Assembly (NCBI GenBank): GCA_964016885.1
Contig: OZ024745.1
Span: forward strand, 115,816,001 to 115,880,000
Direction: 5' to 3'
DNA: 64,000 bases
DNA from: Eledone cirrhosa
Lineage: Eukaryota
Shown: positions 1-11,828 of the stretch, one piece after another
Layout: each line of letters opens with the position of its first letter
Position numbering within the stretch: the first letter of the stretch is position 1
Notes under the pieces: model-generated
What the model saw: the letters and a program-made list of their open reading frames with translations, nothing else
Databases searched by the model: none
Told to the model about the DNA's origin: nothing
Made by a program: the position numbers and the translations under genes

Positions 1-40
1 AGAATCCAAACCTCGGTTTGGAGGAAACAGCTGTAAGCAC
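1..40 (+). ncRNA. 3' part of a minimal type I hammerhead ribozyme (cut by window edge)
   Basis: AGA, stem II tccaaac/gtttgga, GAAA, palindromic stem III CAGCTG, TA; followed by an AT-rich tail and (TA)n as in PLE pLTRs. Confidence 0.5.
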
Positions 41-70
41 AATAATGTTTTGAACAGTTCTTTGATTCTT

Positions 71-101
<31 letters not shown>

Positions 102-104
<3 letters not shown>

Positions 105-217
105 GGAACGAGTAGGATCCCGACGGCTGAGCTCAAGCCGTTTCGACGGCTAATTCTGGACTCTATTAGCCGTCGAAACGGCTTGAGCTCAGCTGTCGGG
201 GTCCTACTCGTTCCTAT
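102..217. repeat. Fold-back palindrome, 53-bp arms, 10-nt loop
   Basis: ataggaacgagtagg...ggctaat / attagcc...cctactcgttcctat, 2 mismatches. Confidence 0.95.
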
Positions 218-327
218 TACCCACTCTACTACCTTAAGTATTGAGTACTTTAGTGCGTTATGGTCCACCTGGTTCCTTACCACATTTCCTTCGTTATATA
301 TATATATATATATATATACATATATAT

Positions 328-411
<84 letters not shown>

Positions 412-702
412 TGTAAAGCATGGTGTCTGACGCTCTACCGATACTGCCAATTCACCACCCTTAAATAATATCGACACATCATACATCCCCATATTTGCTT
501 CAACCGCCCCATTCATCCACTCTTCCTCTCTTTGCCTCTATCCCCCTCACTATATATATCTTTTACGTCCATTCGTCTTACCATCTCTTTTCATTTGTAT
601 TTTTCAGCTCTTGCTAGTCTAATACTAATTCTTATTACTTCTACACATGTACCACCCCTCCCTCTATAACTATATATCTATCAATCTCTCACTCTCTCAC
701 TG

Positions 703-751
<49 letters not shown>

Positions 752-817
752 ATATCTATCAATCTCTCTCCCACTCTCTCTATCTTCTCTCTCTCTCTCT
801 ATCTATCTATCTATCAT

Positions 818-849
<32 letters not shown>

Positions 850-899
850 GTAAGTTATTCCGGGTTGAATCGGAGGTAACCACAGTAAGTAAGATATTC

Positions 900-1960
900 A
901 ATACATGGCAAAGTATAAAAGTTTTAATATAGATGAGATTCTACAGGACTAGAACTGTTTCATTCTTTAGAAATCATCAGGATTCCTGATGATTTCTAAA
1001 GAATGAAACAGCAATCCTATGTCTGCAGAAAATTGCCCTTTCTATTTTGCTGTTGAGTAGCATTTTATCGTTCCTTAAGATATGTAGCAATTCAAGGTTG
1101 CAGAACCCGCAATGGGACATACCACTGCTATAGGCCTTTGCGGCCGCTAACTTCGACCAGCTAATATTGTAATCAAGGTTTTTGTCCTTAAGTTGCCAGA
1201 TTTTATTGGCGAGGGTTGTAGAATTTACCAGTGTACGGTTCTTCATTGAATGTCTGTGCCCATACCACCTTTTCTTTAAAACACTCGGGTGGATCCACGT
1301 AGTGCCATGATTCGAACTAACAATCCCAACTTTTAGAATAGGCCACTTAAATACCGAATCTACAACTTCACTTAACACTAAGTAAAACCCATATATCTCT
1401 ATGCACCCACCCTATCATTCTCACTAAGTTGATACAACGAAAATACTTATCTGTCAAACAATAAATCAATCTCCGATTTATTGCTAGTGTGCTTTCAGAC
1501 CTACAGCACACGCGTAAACCTCCCAAATCATGACTACCAGTACATTTTATCAGTATTTCTCCAACACCTTAACATCTAATGTACCCTATAGCAGTTTTCA
1601 CATGTCAATTTGATACATCTGTATCATATCAGTTCGTTTAATATGCTAGATTCACATTATACTCTATTTCTTACTTATACTGATGTTATTATTTTAACTA
1701 TTCAGTATCTAGTTATTTTATTATTGATATTATTGTTCTGGTTTAATACCACTCCTATATAAAAGCCATGCCTTGAGCTTCTTCCTCACTTTCGCACGCT
1801 CTGATGAAACGACTGGTTATAAACAAAGTATTGGAGAGCGAATAACGCAACATCAAGCGAGTAACGAACTCTAGACCTACCAGATCAAAGAAACAATTGT
1901 CAGCAATGTGAATAAAGCCCTTATTGTATAGCCAACCATTTCACTCCTCTTTCTTGAATT
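900..1960. mobile_element. Penelope-like element remnant: GIY-YIG C-terminus (-) with inverted pLTR (+)
   Basis: ORF 977-1378(-) contains KKRW..HRHS...TTLANKIWQLKD...YNISW...C..C.LE...LLNSK.E...CRHR, the PLE endonuclease end, homologous to about 3290-3545. 1300-1960(+) resembles the 3' UTR of the 2376-5960 element and ends TATA-HHR-AATAAA-(TA)n. Confidence 0.75.
1798..1904 (+). ncRNA. Type I hammerhead ribozyme in PLE pLTR
   Basis: GCT-CTGATGA-(long stem II region with ctgg/ccag)-GAAA-CAATTG-TC-AGC. TATATAAAA at 1756 and AATAAA at 1911. Confidence 0.7.
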
Positions 1961-2202
1961 ATATATATATATATATATATATATGAATATATGAATATAT
2001 ATGTATATATGTTATACTTGAGGAGGGTCGTATTGTAGTAATAATATTGCCAGAAATAATAACAGAACAGGCTCACTCTTTGGTTGGTTTTCGCTTCTGT
2101 ATCATTTATATTTCCATAGTTAATTTATTTGGCAATCAACGTTTATCATTGATTGACGAAGGGTTAAAATACAGATTTAAATATATATATAAATATAGTC
2201 TA

Positions 2203-2242
2203 TCAAAGATCTTTCGTTGCACATCTGCAACATCATCAGTGG
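2203..2242 (-). ncRNA. Minimal hammerhead ribozyme in a ~280-bp dispersed repeat (second copy ~13690-13960, opposite strand)
   Basis: CCA-CTGATGA-tGTTGCA gatg TGCAAC-GAAA-GATC-TT-TG; degenerate copy at ~13745-13785(+). Confidence 0.65.
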
Positions 2243-2302
2243 TTATTATGTTTCTCCTATTGTATTGTATGTCTACGCCATTTTTATTTATTTATGTATA
2301 TA

Positions 2303-2375
<73 letters not shown>

Positions 2376-2380
<5 letters not shown>

Positions 2381-5300
2381 AAGAGTGACGAATAACATGG
2401 TCAACAGTACATAAAGGGTTTTATTTACAGTATTAACAATTGTTTCATTGATTAGGATGTCTAAAGGCTGCTAATCACTCGAAGTTGTGTCACTCAACCT
2501 TAAATACAGTGTATGCCTAATCAAATCATCGCAATAACTGACAAAATTACACACGGTGTTTGTATTTAAACTACGGAGAATTCAAATAACAACATCAATA
2601 ATAAAGAAAGAAACGGAAAAAAGAAAAAGAAAAAGAAAAAAAAAAAGAAAAAGAAAAAGAAAAAGAAAAAAGAAAAAAGAAAAAAGAAAAAAGAAAAAAG
2701 AAAAAAGAAAAAAGAAAAAGAAAAAGAAAAAGAAAAAGAAAAAGAAAAAGAAAAAGAAAAAACAAAATAATAATAAAGAAGTTAGAATAATAAAGATGAT
2801 AAAAAATAAGTAAAAAATATATACGTGAACAAAATGAAAATAATATGATTGTTGAATATGGTGGTGGTGGTGGTGGTGGTGGTTAAAGTTATAGTGGTGT
2901 GTAAGTCTAAAGATGTGATGAGGGTATGAACATAGATATTAAATATATACATATGTATTGGTTAAATCACAGAGGGTTAGAGTAGGAAGAAATAATATAA
3001 TGATAAATAACATATGAAAGATAAATTAATAAATTAGAAGTTAGGTGAGAGGTGAAGAGATACAGGATAAGATACAAGGGAGGAGTCGAAATAGCTTTAG
3101 GGAGAGAGAGAGTGGAAGAAAGGTTAGGAGATTTATGATGTTGATTTAGTGATTAGTTGGTCTGTTGACAGCTAATAATAATGGGTTGGTATGTAGTTAT
3201 TATAATGGTCTCTGAGTGGTTCAGCTTGGAATATGGGATTGTTGGATCGAATCATGTTGGTTTGAAATTTGCGAATTCAGTAGCTGCTTTGTGCCTACAG
3301 AAAATTGATCATTCTATTTGGCTGTTAAGCAGCATTTTGTGATACTTTAAAATATGGAACAGCTCCCTATTGCAAAGTCCGCAGTAGGACTTTTCATTTC
3401 TGCAGGCCTTTGCTCCCGATCATTTCGACCAGCTAATCCTGTATTCTTGGTTTGTATCCTTAAGCTGCCAGATTTTATAGGCCAGCGTTGTTGTGTTCTC
3501 TAGTCTACGGTTTTTCATAGAATGTCTCTGAACATCCCATCTTTTCTTTAATTCCCCAGCCGTAGAACCTATGTAGTGCCATGCTAAGTTGCCCGAATTT
3601 ATAGTACACAGGTACACTATATTTGATTCCAGGCATCTATTTTGTAGTGGGCACTTATCCGGTAAGTGGCAGTTACATTTGGAGGCCTTTCTGTGTGCAG
3701 GTTCTCCGTTGCGGTTTTGTATGTTGTTATGTATGGTTTGAGATTTAGGTTTGTTGATGTTTTGTTGTGATGCGTTCTGACATGTGTGAGGTTGTGATGT
3801 TGTTATGTGTTTGTGTTTTGTATTTGGTGTTATGGTGTATGTTTGTAGGTTATTTTCATTAGACATTCTTCTATAGTTAATTTTATCTATGTGTGATTCT
3901 ATGGTGGCTGCATTAGAGTAAGATAGTTTGATAGTTTTTCTGTTAAAGATTTTATGGTATTTGTGAAGTTTAGGGAAGTGCTTGTCAATTAGTTTAAAGA
4001 ATGCAGAAGGTAGTTTAGCTTTTCTAGAAGAGTTGAATATTGGATTGAACCATAAGTATTTCCTATCCCTGGATTTTTTATAGTTCCTAGGGTTCCTTAT
4101 ATTAGTATTAGGTTCAGTTATTTCTGGTGCTCGTTGTCTATTTCTATGTTTAGTCCTATATTTGCTATTTCTATAGGTGTGGGTGGTGTAGCTGTCGTTA
4201 GGTGTGTTGTTGCTGTCTCTATCTGGTATGTATTTGAGCCTCTCCTTGTGGCCTGCCTTAAGTAAACCTATGTTATAGTAGTTCGCGTGTTCATTAAAAT
4301 CTTCTAGGTTAGAAAATAAGCGTGAAATTCTGAGGGATACACTATGTGCTATGGAGTTAATTATGGAGCGAGGGTGGTTTGAGCTATAACTAATATATGC
4401 TAGATTTTCGTTATTTGAGTGTTTCATCTAAGAAGTTAGCTTTTTTAGAGTTACGTTCGAAAGTGATGCCTATGCCTAGTTTATTGAAGAAGATTCTAAT
4501 GTTTTTTCGTAATCTTTCCAAGTTTTGATTATTTAAGTTTTTATCTAAAAGGAGTATATGGTCTTTATTAATTCCTCCTTGGAGGTTATTAAATTCTTTA
4601 TGTAAGTTGTGCGCTATATATATTCCAACTATTTTTGTTACCTGAGCTGAGTCGCTGGATCCCATAGTGATATCGAAGCTATTCTGTTTGTTTTTTTCTT
4701 TCCCAGTAACTATTATCGAACCTAATGATAGTTCTCCTAGCAGCTAGTATTATTCTAATTTCATCAGATGATAGGTCCGAGTTTTTCTGTGCAAAGGTTA
4801 GTGCCTTATTTATGGTGACCGGGGAATATGAGGAGTAGTAGTCATTGATGACAAACTGTATGAAGTCGGATGTTTCCTTATTGTCTATTTTGCTAAACCA
4901 ATCTATTGCTTCGTTAGTGTTACCCCATAGCTTAATTACTAGTTTGTCTTTAATTTGTGCTAATATGAGGAGTAGTAGTCATTGATGACAAACTGTATGA
5001 AGTCGGATGTTTCCTTATTGTCTATTTTGCTAAACCAATCTATTGCTTCGTTAGTGTTACCCCATAGCTTAATTACTAGTTTGTGTTTAATTTCTGCTAT
5101 TATTCTATCTAGTATATACTTGCTAATTCTACCTCTATCCAATTTCGATTGTCATATTAATTTAATAGTGGGGTCAGTTTCGAAGTTATTTTTATGATAT
5201 TTTAGATTAAATGTGGGGTTACAAGGGATCAGAGGCTCGGTTCTATCAGATATTTTCATTTTTTTTTTACTATGCTAAGTCCTTCCTTATTAATGCTAGT

Positions 5301-5960
5301 GAGTGTAGATTCTGTAGTTTTCCTGTATTTTTTGTATAATTCACGTCGTATAAAGTTATTGTATGTATTAAGGCTCATGGTGTATACGTTTGATGTTTTG
5401 TCCGTTTTTACTATAATACCGTTGGTGTTACGTATTTTTTTTTAGTAGTGCATTGATGTCGTTTTGCAGTTTGTTGTAACCTGTCCGTTTTTGAATTTGG
5501 TTCCGAAGGCATCAAGCTCGGAGTTATTCTTCCTACTCTAAACCTCTGTGATTTAACCAATACATATGTATATATTTAATATTTATTTTCATATTAATAG
5601 TATTTATACCCTCATCACATCTTTATACTTACATACCACTATAACTTTAACCACCACGATCACCACCACCACCATTATTTTCAACAATCATATTATGTTC
5701 ATTTTTTTCACTTATATTATTTTGTCTTTTTCTTTTTCTTTTTCTTTCTTTATTATTGATGTTGTTATTTGAATTCTCCGAAGTATAAATACAATCACCG
5801 TGTGTAATTTTGTCAGATATTCCGATGATTACACTGCATTTAAGGTTGAGTGATACAACTTCGAGTGATTAGCAACGTTTAGACATCCTAATCAATGAAG
5901 CAATACTGTAAATAAAACCCTTTTTGTACTGTTGACCATGTTATTCTTCACTCTCTCACT
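2376..5960 (-). mobile_element. Penelope-like retroelement (RT + Cys-rich linker + C-terminal GIY-YIG), 5'-truncated with inverted pLTR
   Basis: Frameshifted RT (KTDKTSNVY, FIQFVINDYYSS, MGSSDSAQV, NFLD) and ORF 3420-4427 (YISYSSNHP, WFNP, KIFNRKTIKLSYS, CNC...CPL...C, IVY...YIGST). 2376-~2990 is inverted-repeated at ~5525-5960. Internal ~140-bp tandem duplication at 4826-5100. Confidence 0.9.
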
Positions 5961-6200
5961 ATTATTACTCCAAGAATAACCTACATAGGAATTCCCGTGA
6001 ACTCGCCACCTAACTAAGGAAACCTCTTGTTGAGTCAAACAACGCCGTACGTTAAACCTATCCACAATACAGAGATCTCACAACTTCTAACTGGATTACC
6101 TATAACGATAATTTGTTATTGTTATCCAATATATATATATATATGTATATATACAAATATATTACACAAAGAGAAGTGTGTTATACAGTGAGAAGTGTGT

Positions 6201-6339
6201 AAAGAATTATTACAAGTGATTTTTACCGTTACTGTATAGAAAACAATATCTACAGGTCAAATCTCTGAAGTAGAGTTTTAAATTATCAACCTTATAACTA
6301 TAAGTTTGCTGATACGAATCAAGTTCGTATATATATGTT

Positions 6340-6389
<50 letters not shown>

Positions 6390-6546
6390 AACATATATAT
6401 ACGAACTTAATTCGTATCAGCAAACTTATAGTTATAAGGTTGGTAATTTAAAACTCTACTTCAGAGATTTGACCTGTAGATATTGTTTTCTATACAGTAA
6501 CGGTAAAAATCACTTGTAATAATTCTTTCCGAGGGAAATACTTCAT

Positions 6547-6609
<63 letters not shown>

Positions 6610-6633
6610 GAAATATATAAAGTATTTCCCTCG
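6201..6633. repeat. Two adjacent palindromes centred on (TA)n
   Basis: 6201-~6345 is the reverse complement of ~6383-6528 with 2-3 mismatches; ~6530-6633 is a second, shorter palindrome. Confidence 0.95.
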
Positions 6634-6712
6634 AAAAGGTACAGGAAAAAAGAGTGCTCTATGTAGGCTACAGAGCTTATTAGTTTTGTAATAATCAACA
6701 TAAGATAATTAG

Positions 6713-6770
6713 TTCATTTACCAGTGGTTTCTTGAAGGCAGATGTTGTGTCTGCGTTCAGTCGTCAGAAT
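6713..6770 (-). ncRNA. Type I hammerhead ribozyme (inverted sister of 7465-7525)
   Basis: ATT-CTGACGA-tgaa.gcaga/tctgc.ttca stem II-GAAA-CCACTGG-TA-AAT. Confidence 0.75.
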
Positions 6771-7464
6771 TAATAAATAACAAGGTCTTTTTAATTTTAA
6801 ATATGGATTTGAAAACAAAATTTTGGAAATATGAAAGTGAGACTGAAAAAAACGGGCGAGGGAAAAACAAAAAATATATATATTAAACTAAATATCCAGA
6901 ATATAAACATACAGACACTCAACTACGCGCTAATACTTAATAGTACGTAGACGTATACTTTCTCACATAAGCGTATTTGCGTCTCCATAGAAATAAGGAC
7001 AGGAACATAAATACATACACCTACATGTACACAGATATATATGCACTCTAAAATGTACACACAAATACGGGAAGTAGTTTAGAAACAGGAATAACTAAAT
7101 AAATAAATAAGAACAAAAAATACAATATATATATATATATATATATAAGAAAGTAAAAGTCAAAATGAAAAACAAAATAAAGTAAAAAAGGGGACGTGTT
7201 GACAACGAAAAGTATGTGAGTGTGTGGGGGGAGGGGGGAATAAATAAGAAATAACTTAAAAATAAACAAATAGACACGCTATGCATATACATATATTAAG
7301 TATATGCGCGTAGTTGAGTGTGTGTATGTTTATATTCTGGATATTTATTTTTTTATATATTTTTTTTCCCCTGTTTCCTTTTCGCCCGTTTTTTTCAGCC
7401 TCATTTTCATATTTCCAAAATTTTGTTTTTAAATCTATATTTAATAAAAACACCATGTTATTTA

Positions 7465-7525
7465 TTCATTCTGACGACTGAAGATAGACACAACATCTGC
7501 CTTTAAGAAACCACTGGTAAATGAA
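7465..7525 (+). ncRNA. Canonical type I hammerhead ribozyme (GUA cleavage)
   Basis: TTCATT-CTGACGA-stem II-GAAA-CCAcTGG-TA-AATGAA; intact core and 6-bp stem I. Confidence 0.8.
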
Positions 7526-8414
7526 ATAATTATCTTATGTTGTTTATTACATAACTAAAAAAAAAAAAAAATATATATATCTTTCGCTCTGTTTGTGTCT
7601 CTATATCTATCACTCTGATCTTCTCCAGTTTATTAGGGCTAGCTCTTTCTGCTTCCCGTAGTTTTCGTTTTTATTCAATTTTCCTTTTATTTATTTAGCT
7701 GTCTTCCTTCATCTATTTATATAAATCTCTTTATTCAAGTCTTTGATTTTCTGTTATCTCTTGTTCCCTATCTCATTACGTACATCTTTCTCCCCTGTCT
7801 ATCATATATCTTCTGCTCCGCTTCTCCTGTCTTTCTATGGCTATAAAATCCTATTGCTATTGTTTTACACCTCTCTCGCAATATATTGATGATTTAATGT
7901 TAACCGTTTACGAGGCTCAAACGTATTGTTTCTTTCGCATACAGTTCAATATGGAACGAAATTCAAGATGCAACGTTTCCTTGATAAACAGTCAATCTTA
8001 ATCGCGATCTCACAAGTATGATATTTATCATAAATTCGAGGAAGATGAAGAATTTGATTACTTTTAAGATCCAAATATTCCAACACGTAAACTGTCATAT
8101 CTATAACATCATAAGAGGCTGGCTTTGTACACACATCTTTATCTGATTAACAATTACGATTCAAAGAAGTCACATTGACTCTCTCGTTTGAATTGAACTA
8201 CCATATCCAGGTAAGGAGAAAGAGCACTTACATATTCTCAACCATTAATTGGTTTATTCCTCGAGTTTACCTAAAACGGATAGACTCCTGCACAACAAAA
8301 GTGCACCAAACTCTTTCTAATACCATTTTTTGTCATTGTGTTCCATACAGCTAACGATATATATTCTTTCTCTACATTTGTTGGCTGTACAAAAACACAT
8401 AAAGAACAATTAAT

Positions 8415-8650
8415 ATAACTTTATCATATAGAAAAGTGATCATGTGTTTAGAAGAAGGCGGATGAATTGGAAATTTCAATTGAATTAGAAACTTATTTTT
8501 GACTAGAGAGATTTTGATGCCCATTGTTCTCTGTTATTAAACTAGTTTCTGTAGTCAAATATATGGTGAATGTTAGTAATTCAATTCAAATTTCCGATTC
8601 CACTGCCGTCTTCTAAACATGTAATCTCTAATATATGTGATCAAGTTATT
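8415..8650. repeat. Degenerate fold-back / MITE-like element
   Basis: tgtttagaagaaggcgg..tggaaatttcaattgaatt is inverted with aattcaattcaaatttcc...ccgtcttctaaaca. Confidence 0.5.
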
Positions 8651-8866
8651 TCTGTAACAATACAAGGTGTCTAACTGAGACTGCAACAATGTGTACAGAA
8701 ATGTACACATTTCTAATATGTAAAATTTAAACATGCCAAGATATAAAATATCTCCCCATAAATGGGAATAAGATTTGTCATTCCTTTTTCGGATCTAATC
8801 GGATCTCCACCAGAAATCATGTATATCATCCAAACGACTACAAGAAAACGTATTTGATTGTATATA

Positions 8867-9749
8867 CGAGGTGTGTCAGAAAGGTTCCAGGACTGATGTC
8901 ATAAAAGATTTATTTCAAACCCAAACTTCACACTAAGAGTTTTCTCATTCAAAGTAATCCCCCTGGAGTCTAATGCACTTTTCCATCCTTTTCTGCCACG
9001 CTTTCATGCACTCCTGGAAGGATTCTTCCGGGATCCTCTGTAGTTCCGTCGTCACGGCCTTTTTGATGTCGTCCACGTCTTCAAAACGGGTTCCCTCCGG
9101 GTCGTACTCGAAGATCCATGACTCAGCACCGGTGATGACTGTCCCTAGCAATTCTGGTTCGGTTTCAAGACGCTGGAGGATGTTTTGACACACTTGCATG
9201 CGTCGACCCTTCTGGTCATAGTTCAGCAGTTTTGGCACCATCTTCGCGCAGACTTTCCGCATGTCCAAATCTTCAGGGAGAATCTTCCAGACGCTGTCCC
9301 CCCAATTCATGCCCAGCTCATTTGCCACCAGTCGAACAGTCAGCCGACGATCGCTACGCACCATCTGCCTGACGCGTTCAACGTTGACTTCAGTCCTGGT
9401 TGTTGAGGGCCTTCCGCTCCTGGGGTCATCTTCCACGTCCTCGCGTTCTTCTTTAAACCTCTTGCACCACTCAAAAACACGTGAGCGTGACATCGTCTCA
9501 TCTCCATACACTTGCTGCAGCAATCCCTGTGTTTCTGACGGAGTTTTCAAGTTTATTCGTTGCTCTGTGCTCATTGCGGGGACATGTATATAAAATTATG
9601 AAGAAAAAAGTTTGGTCGCTGCAGAGAGCTAAGATTACAGTTACATACCCCAGGGTGATTACTTTGAAGGAGAAAACTCTTAGTGTGAAGTTTGGGTTTG
9701 AAATAAATCTTTTGTGACATCAGTCCTGGAACTTTTCTGACACACCTCG
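8867..9749 (-). mobile_element. Mariner (Tc1/mariner) element, internally deleted
   Basis: TA-flanked TIRs CGAGGTGTGTCAGAAAAG.... ORF 8945-9574 has HTH (VYG...SRSRVFEW..RFK..R.DVEDDPRSGRP), KVCAKMVP, ITG.ESW, then a deletion joining to the C-terminal W.KR..KCI..QGDYFE. Confidence 0.93.
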
Positions 9750-10140
9750 TATCAAATACGTTTTCTTGTAGTCGTTTGGATGATATACATGACTTCTGGT
9801 GGAGATCCGATTAGATCCGAAAAAGGAATGACCTCGTATGGCCATTCGTTCTTACTATGGAATATATGTATACTTATATACCATTGTTGAAGTCTCGGTT
9901 ATAGAGTGTGTATTTATACAGATATTACTTTATATATGTATATATATATGATTTCTTACGAATGAAACAGTTCTAGTCCTATAGAAGTTTATATATATAT
10001 ATATATTTATAAAGTATTTCGACTCGGTAATATACTTGTTATTTTATATTGAGCTATTGTCATACTTGTAATTGGATAATATCTAATATTTGTTTCTACT
10101 TTTGGCACAACGCTACCAATTATCCCAGTGTATTACAGGT

Positions 10141-10273
<133 letters not shown>

Positions 10274-10336
10274 TAATAATAATAAATGCGAAGACTAAAA
10301 TCAAAAGAGGGTTCGATAAGGATAATTCTTTACTTA

Positions 10337-10976
10337 AAATTTAATCTGTTATTTTAATTAATAAATAAAGAAATATGTATATATATATATATATAAACAT
10401 ACCTGTTGATAACGTGATATTCCTTGTTCGATCATTATACCAAAAGCTTATAGTTTTAAGCAGACATTATTATTGATTTAGGTGTCATAGAAACCCTGCA
10501 TTTGGATTTTACCAGGAATTCCAATGGGTCCATGGCTGTTTTTTTTTATCATTTATTTTGTTTCGACCTGTTTAGCTTGATTTGCTTTTTGGCTTAGTTG
10601 GTTGATGCTTTCTTGACCACTTTTTCAGTTTTGTATGGCATTTTAGCATACTGTTTATCTCTGGTTTTTTAACTATGGAGCGCTTGCCAGCATATTTCTG
10701 ATTTTTGCGTTACGTTTCGCTTTTTCTATCCGCCGAAATGCGATTCTCGCTGAATTTATATTTGTATTAATCTCCCGAGTCTTACAATTAACCAGGAATT
10801 GATGGTAAAATCCAAATGCAGGGTTTCTATGACACCTAAATCAATAATACTGTCTGCTTAAAACTATAAGCTTTAGGTATAATGATCGAACAAGGAATAT
10901 CACGTTATCAACAGAGATTCTGATATATATATATATATACATATTTATTTATTTATTAAAATAACAGATTAAATTT
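10337..10976. repeat. Inverted repeat, ~175-bp arms, ~290-bp spacer
   Basis: 10337-10514 versus 10803-10976, near-identical reverse complements. Confidence 0.9.
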
Positions 10977-10984
10977 AGTCGATA

Positions 10985-11404
10985 TCTATCGGCCAGTTGA
11001 AATCGGCCGATTAACTGTTTGAGGCTACTTCACCCCCCTCTATCGGGACATGCTCCCACATAGTCCCAACGTGCATCTAGGATTCCATTCCAGTCCTCCA
11101 CTAATGGCAGGGAGCGGGACGTTCCCTCCCAGAAAAGTCTCTAGACGTTTGAAGAAGTCTGGCTGCGGTGTCCCAGATGGGGCGTATGCGGCCACCAGCC
11201 TGAAGGCTCCACCTTCACTGCCATCAACGTCTAGGACCACCAGTCGACCCTCTGGATCCAGATGTACCGTCTGTGTTACGAGGTCTAGGTGTTTCTGCAG
11301 CAAAACGGCAACCCCGCCCCCACCTCCCGGCTGACAGAGAGATGCGTAGATCTCAAAGTCGTCGAAGATGGGGGCGAGTTGTCGATCGCTGTGGATCCTG
11401 GACT
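10985..11404 (-). mobile_element. Tx1/L1-type LINE fragment (APE endonuclease)
   Basis: GGGVAVLLQK...DPEGRLVVLDV...AFRLVAAYAP...GDWN motifs; homologous to 36950-37160. Confidence 0.8.
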
Positions 11405-11416
11405 AGATAGACAGAC

Positions 11417-11452
<36 letters not shown>

Positions 11453-11828
11453 GGATATATATATATATAGGGAGGGAAAGACAGAGATAGATAGAGAGAG
11501 AGCGCGAGAGAGAGAAGGGGGAGAGAGAAAGAGGAAGAGAAAGAGAGTGAGAGAGAGAAAAAGAGAGAGAGAAGGAGAGAGAGAAAGAAGAAGAGAAAGA
11601 GAGTGAGAGAGAGAAAAAGAGAGAGAGAAGGAGAGAGAGACGATGGTGACGAAAAATTGACATAAATGTAGTTAAGGTGTTCTAAAACAGCCAACCAGAA
11701 CAAGATTCTATCAAAGAAGTAATAAACAAGTTTAATTTGAAGTGAGCTACTTTAGCTTCATCATTCCAACATTTCATCATCATGGCGTGAATTTCCATAT
11801 CTGTATGTAATCTTCGAAAGACTTGCCT

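Larger units (their letters stand above)
6681..7556. mobile_element. Non-coding HHR-bearing element (family B): ~600-bp copy plus inverted partial copy
   Basis: ~6681-6940 is inverted at ~7296-7556; a third copy lies at ~25390-25890. No ORF; HHR near the 3' end; flanked by (TA)n or A-tracts. Confidence 0.8.

Noticed and set aside
7945-8210. Plus-strand exon-like segment (tacAG ... cagGTAAGG)
   Set aside because: Stops in all three frames and no partner exons; could be a non-coding exon, but this cannot be supported.
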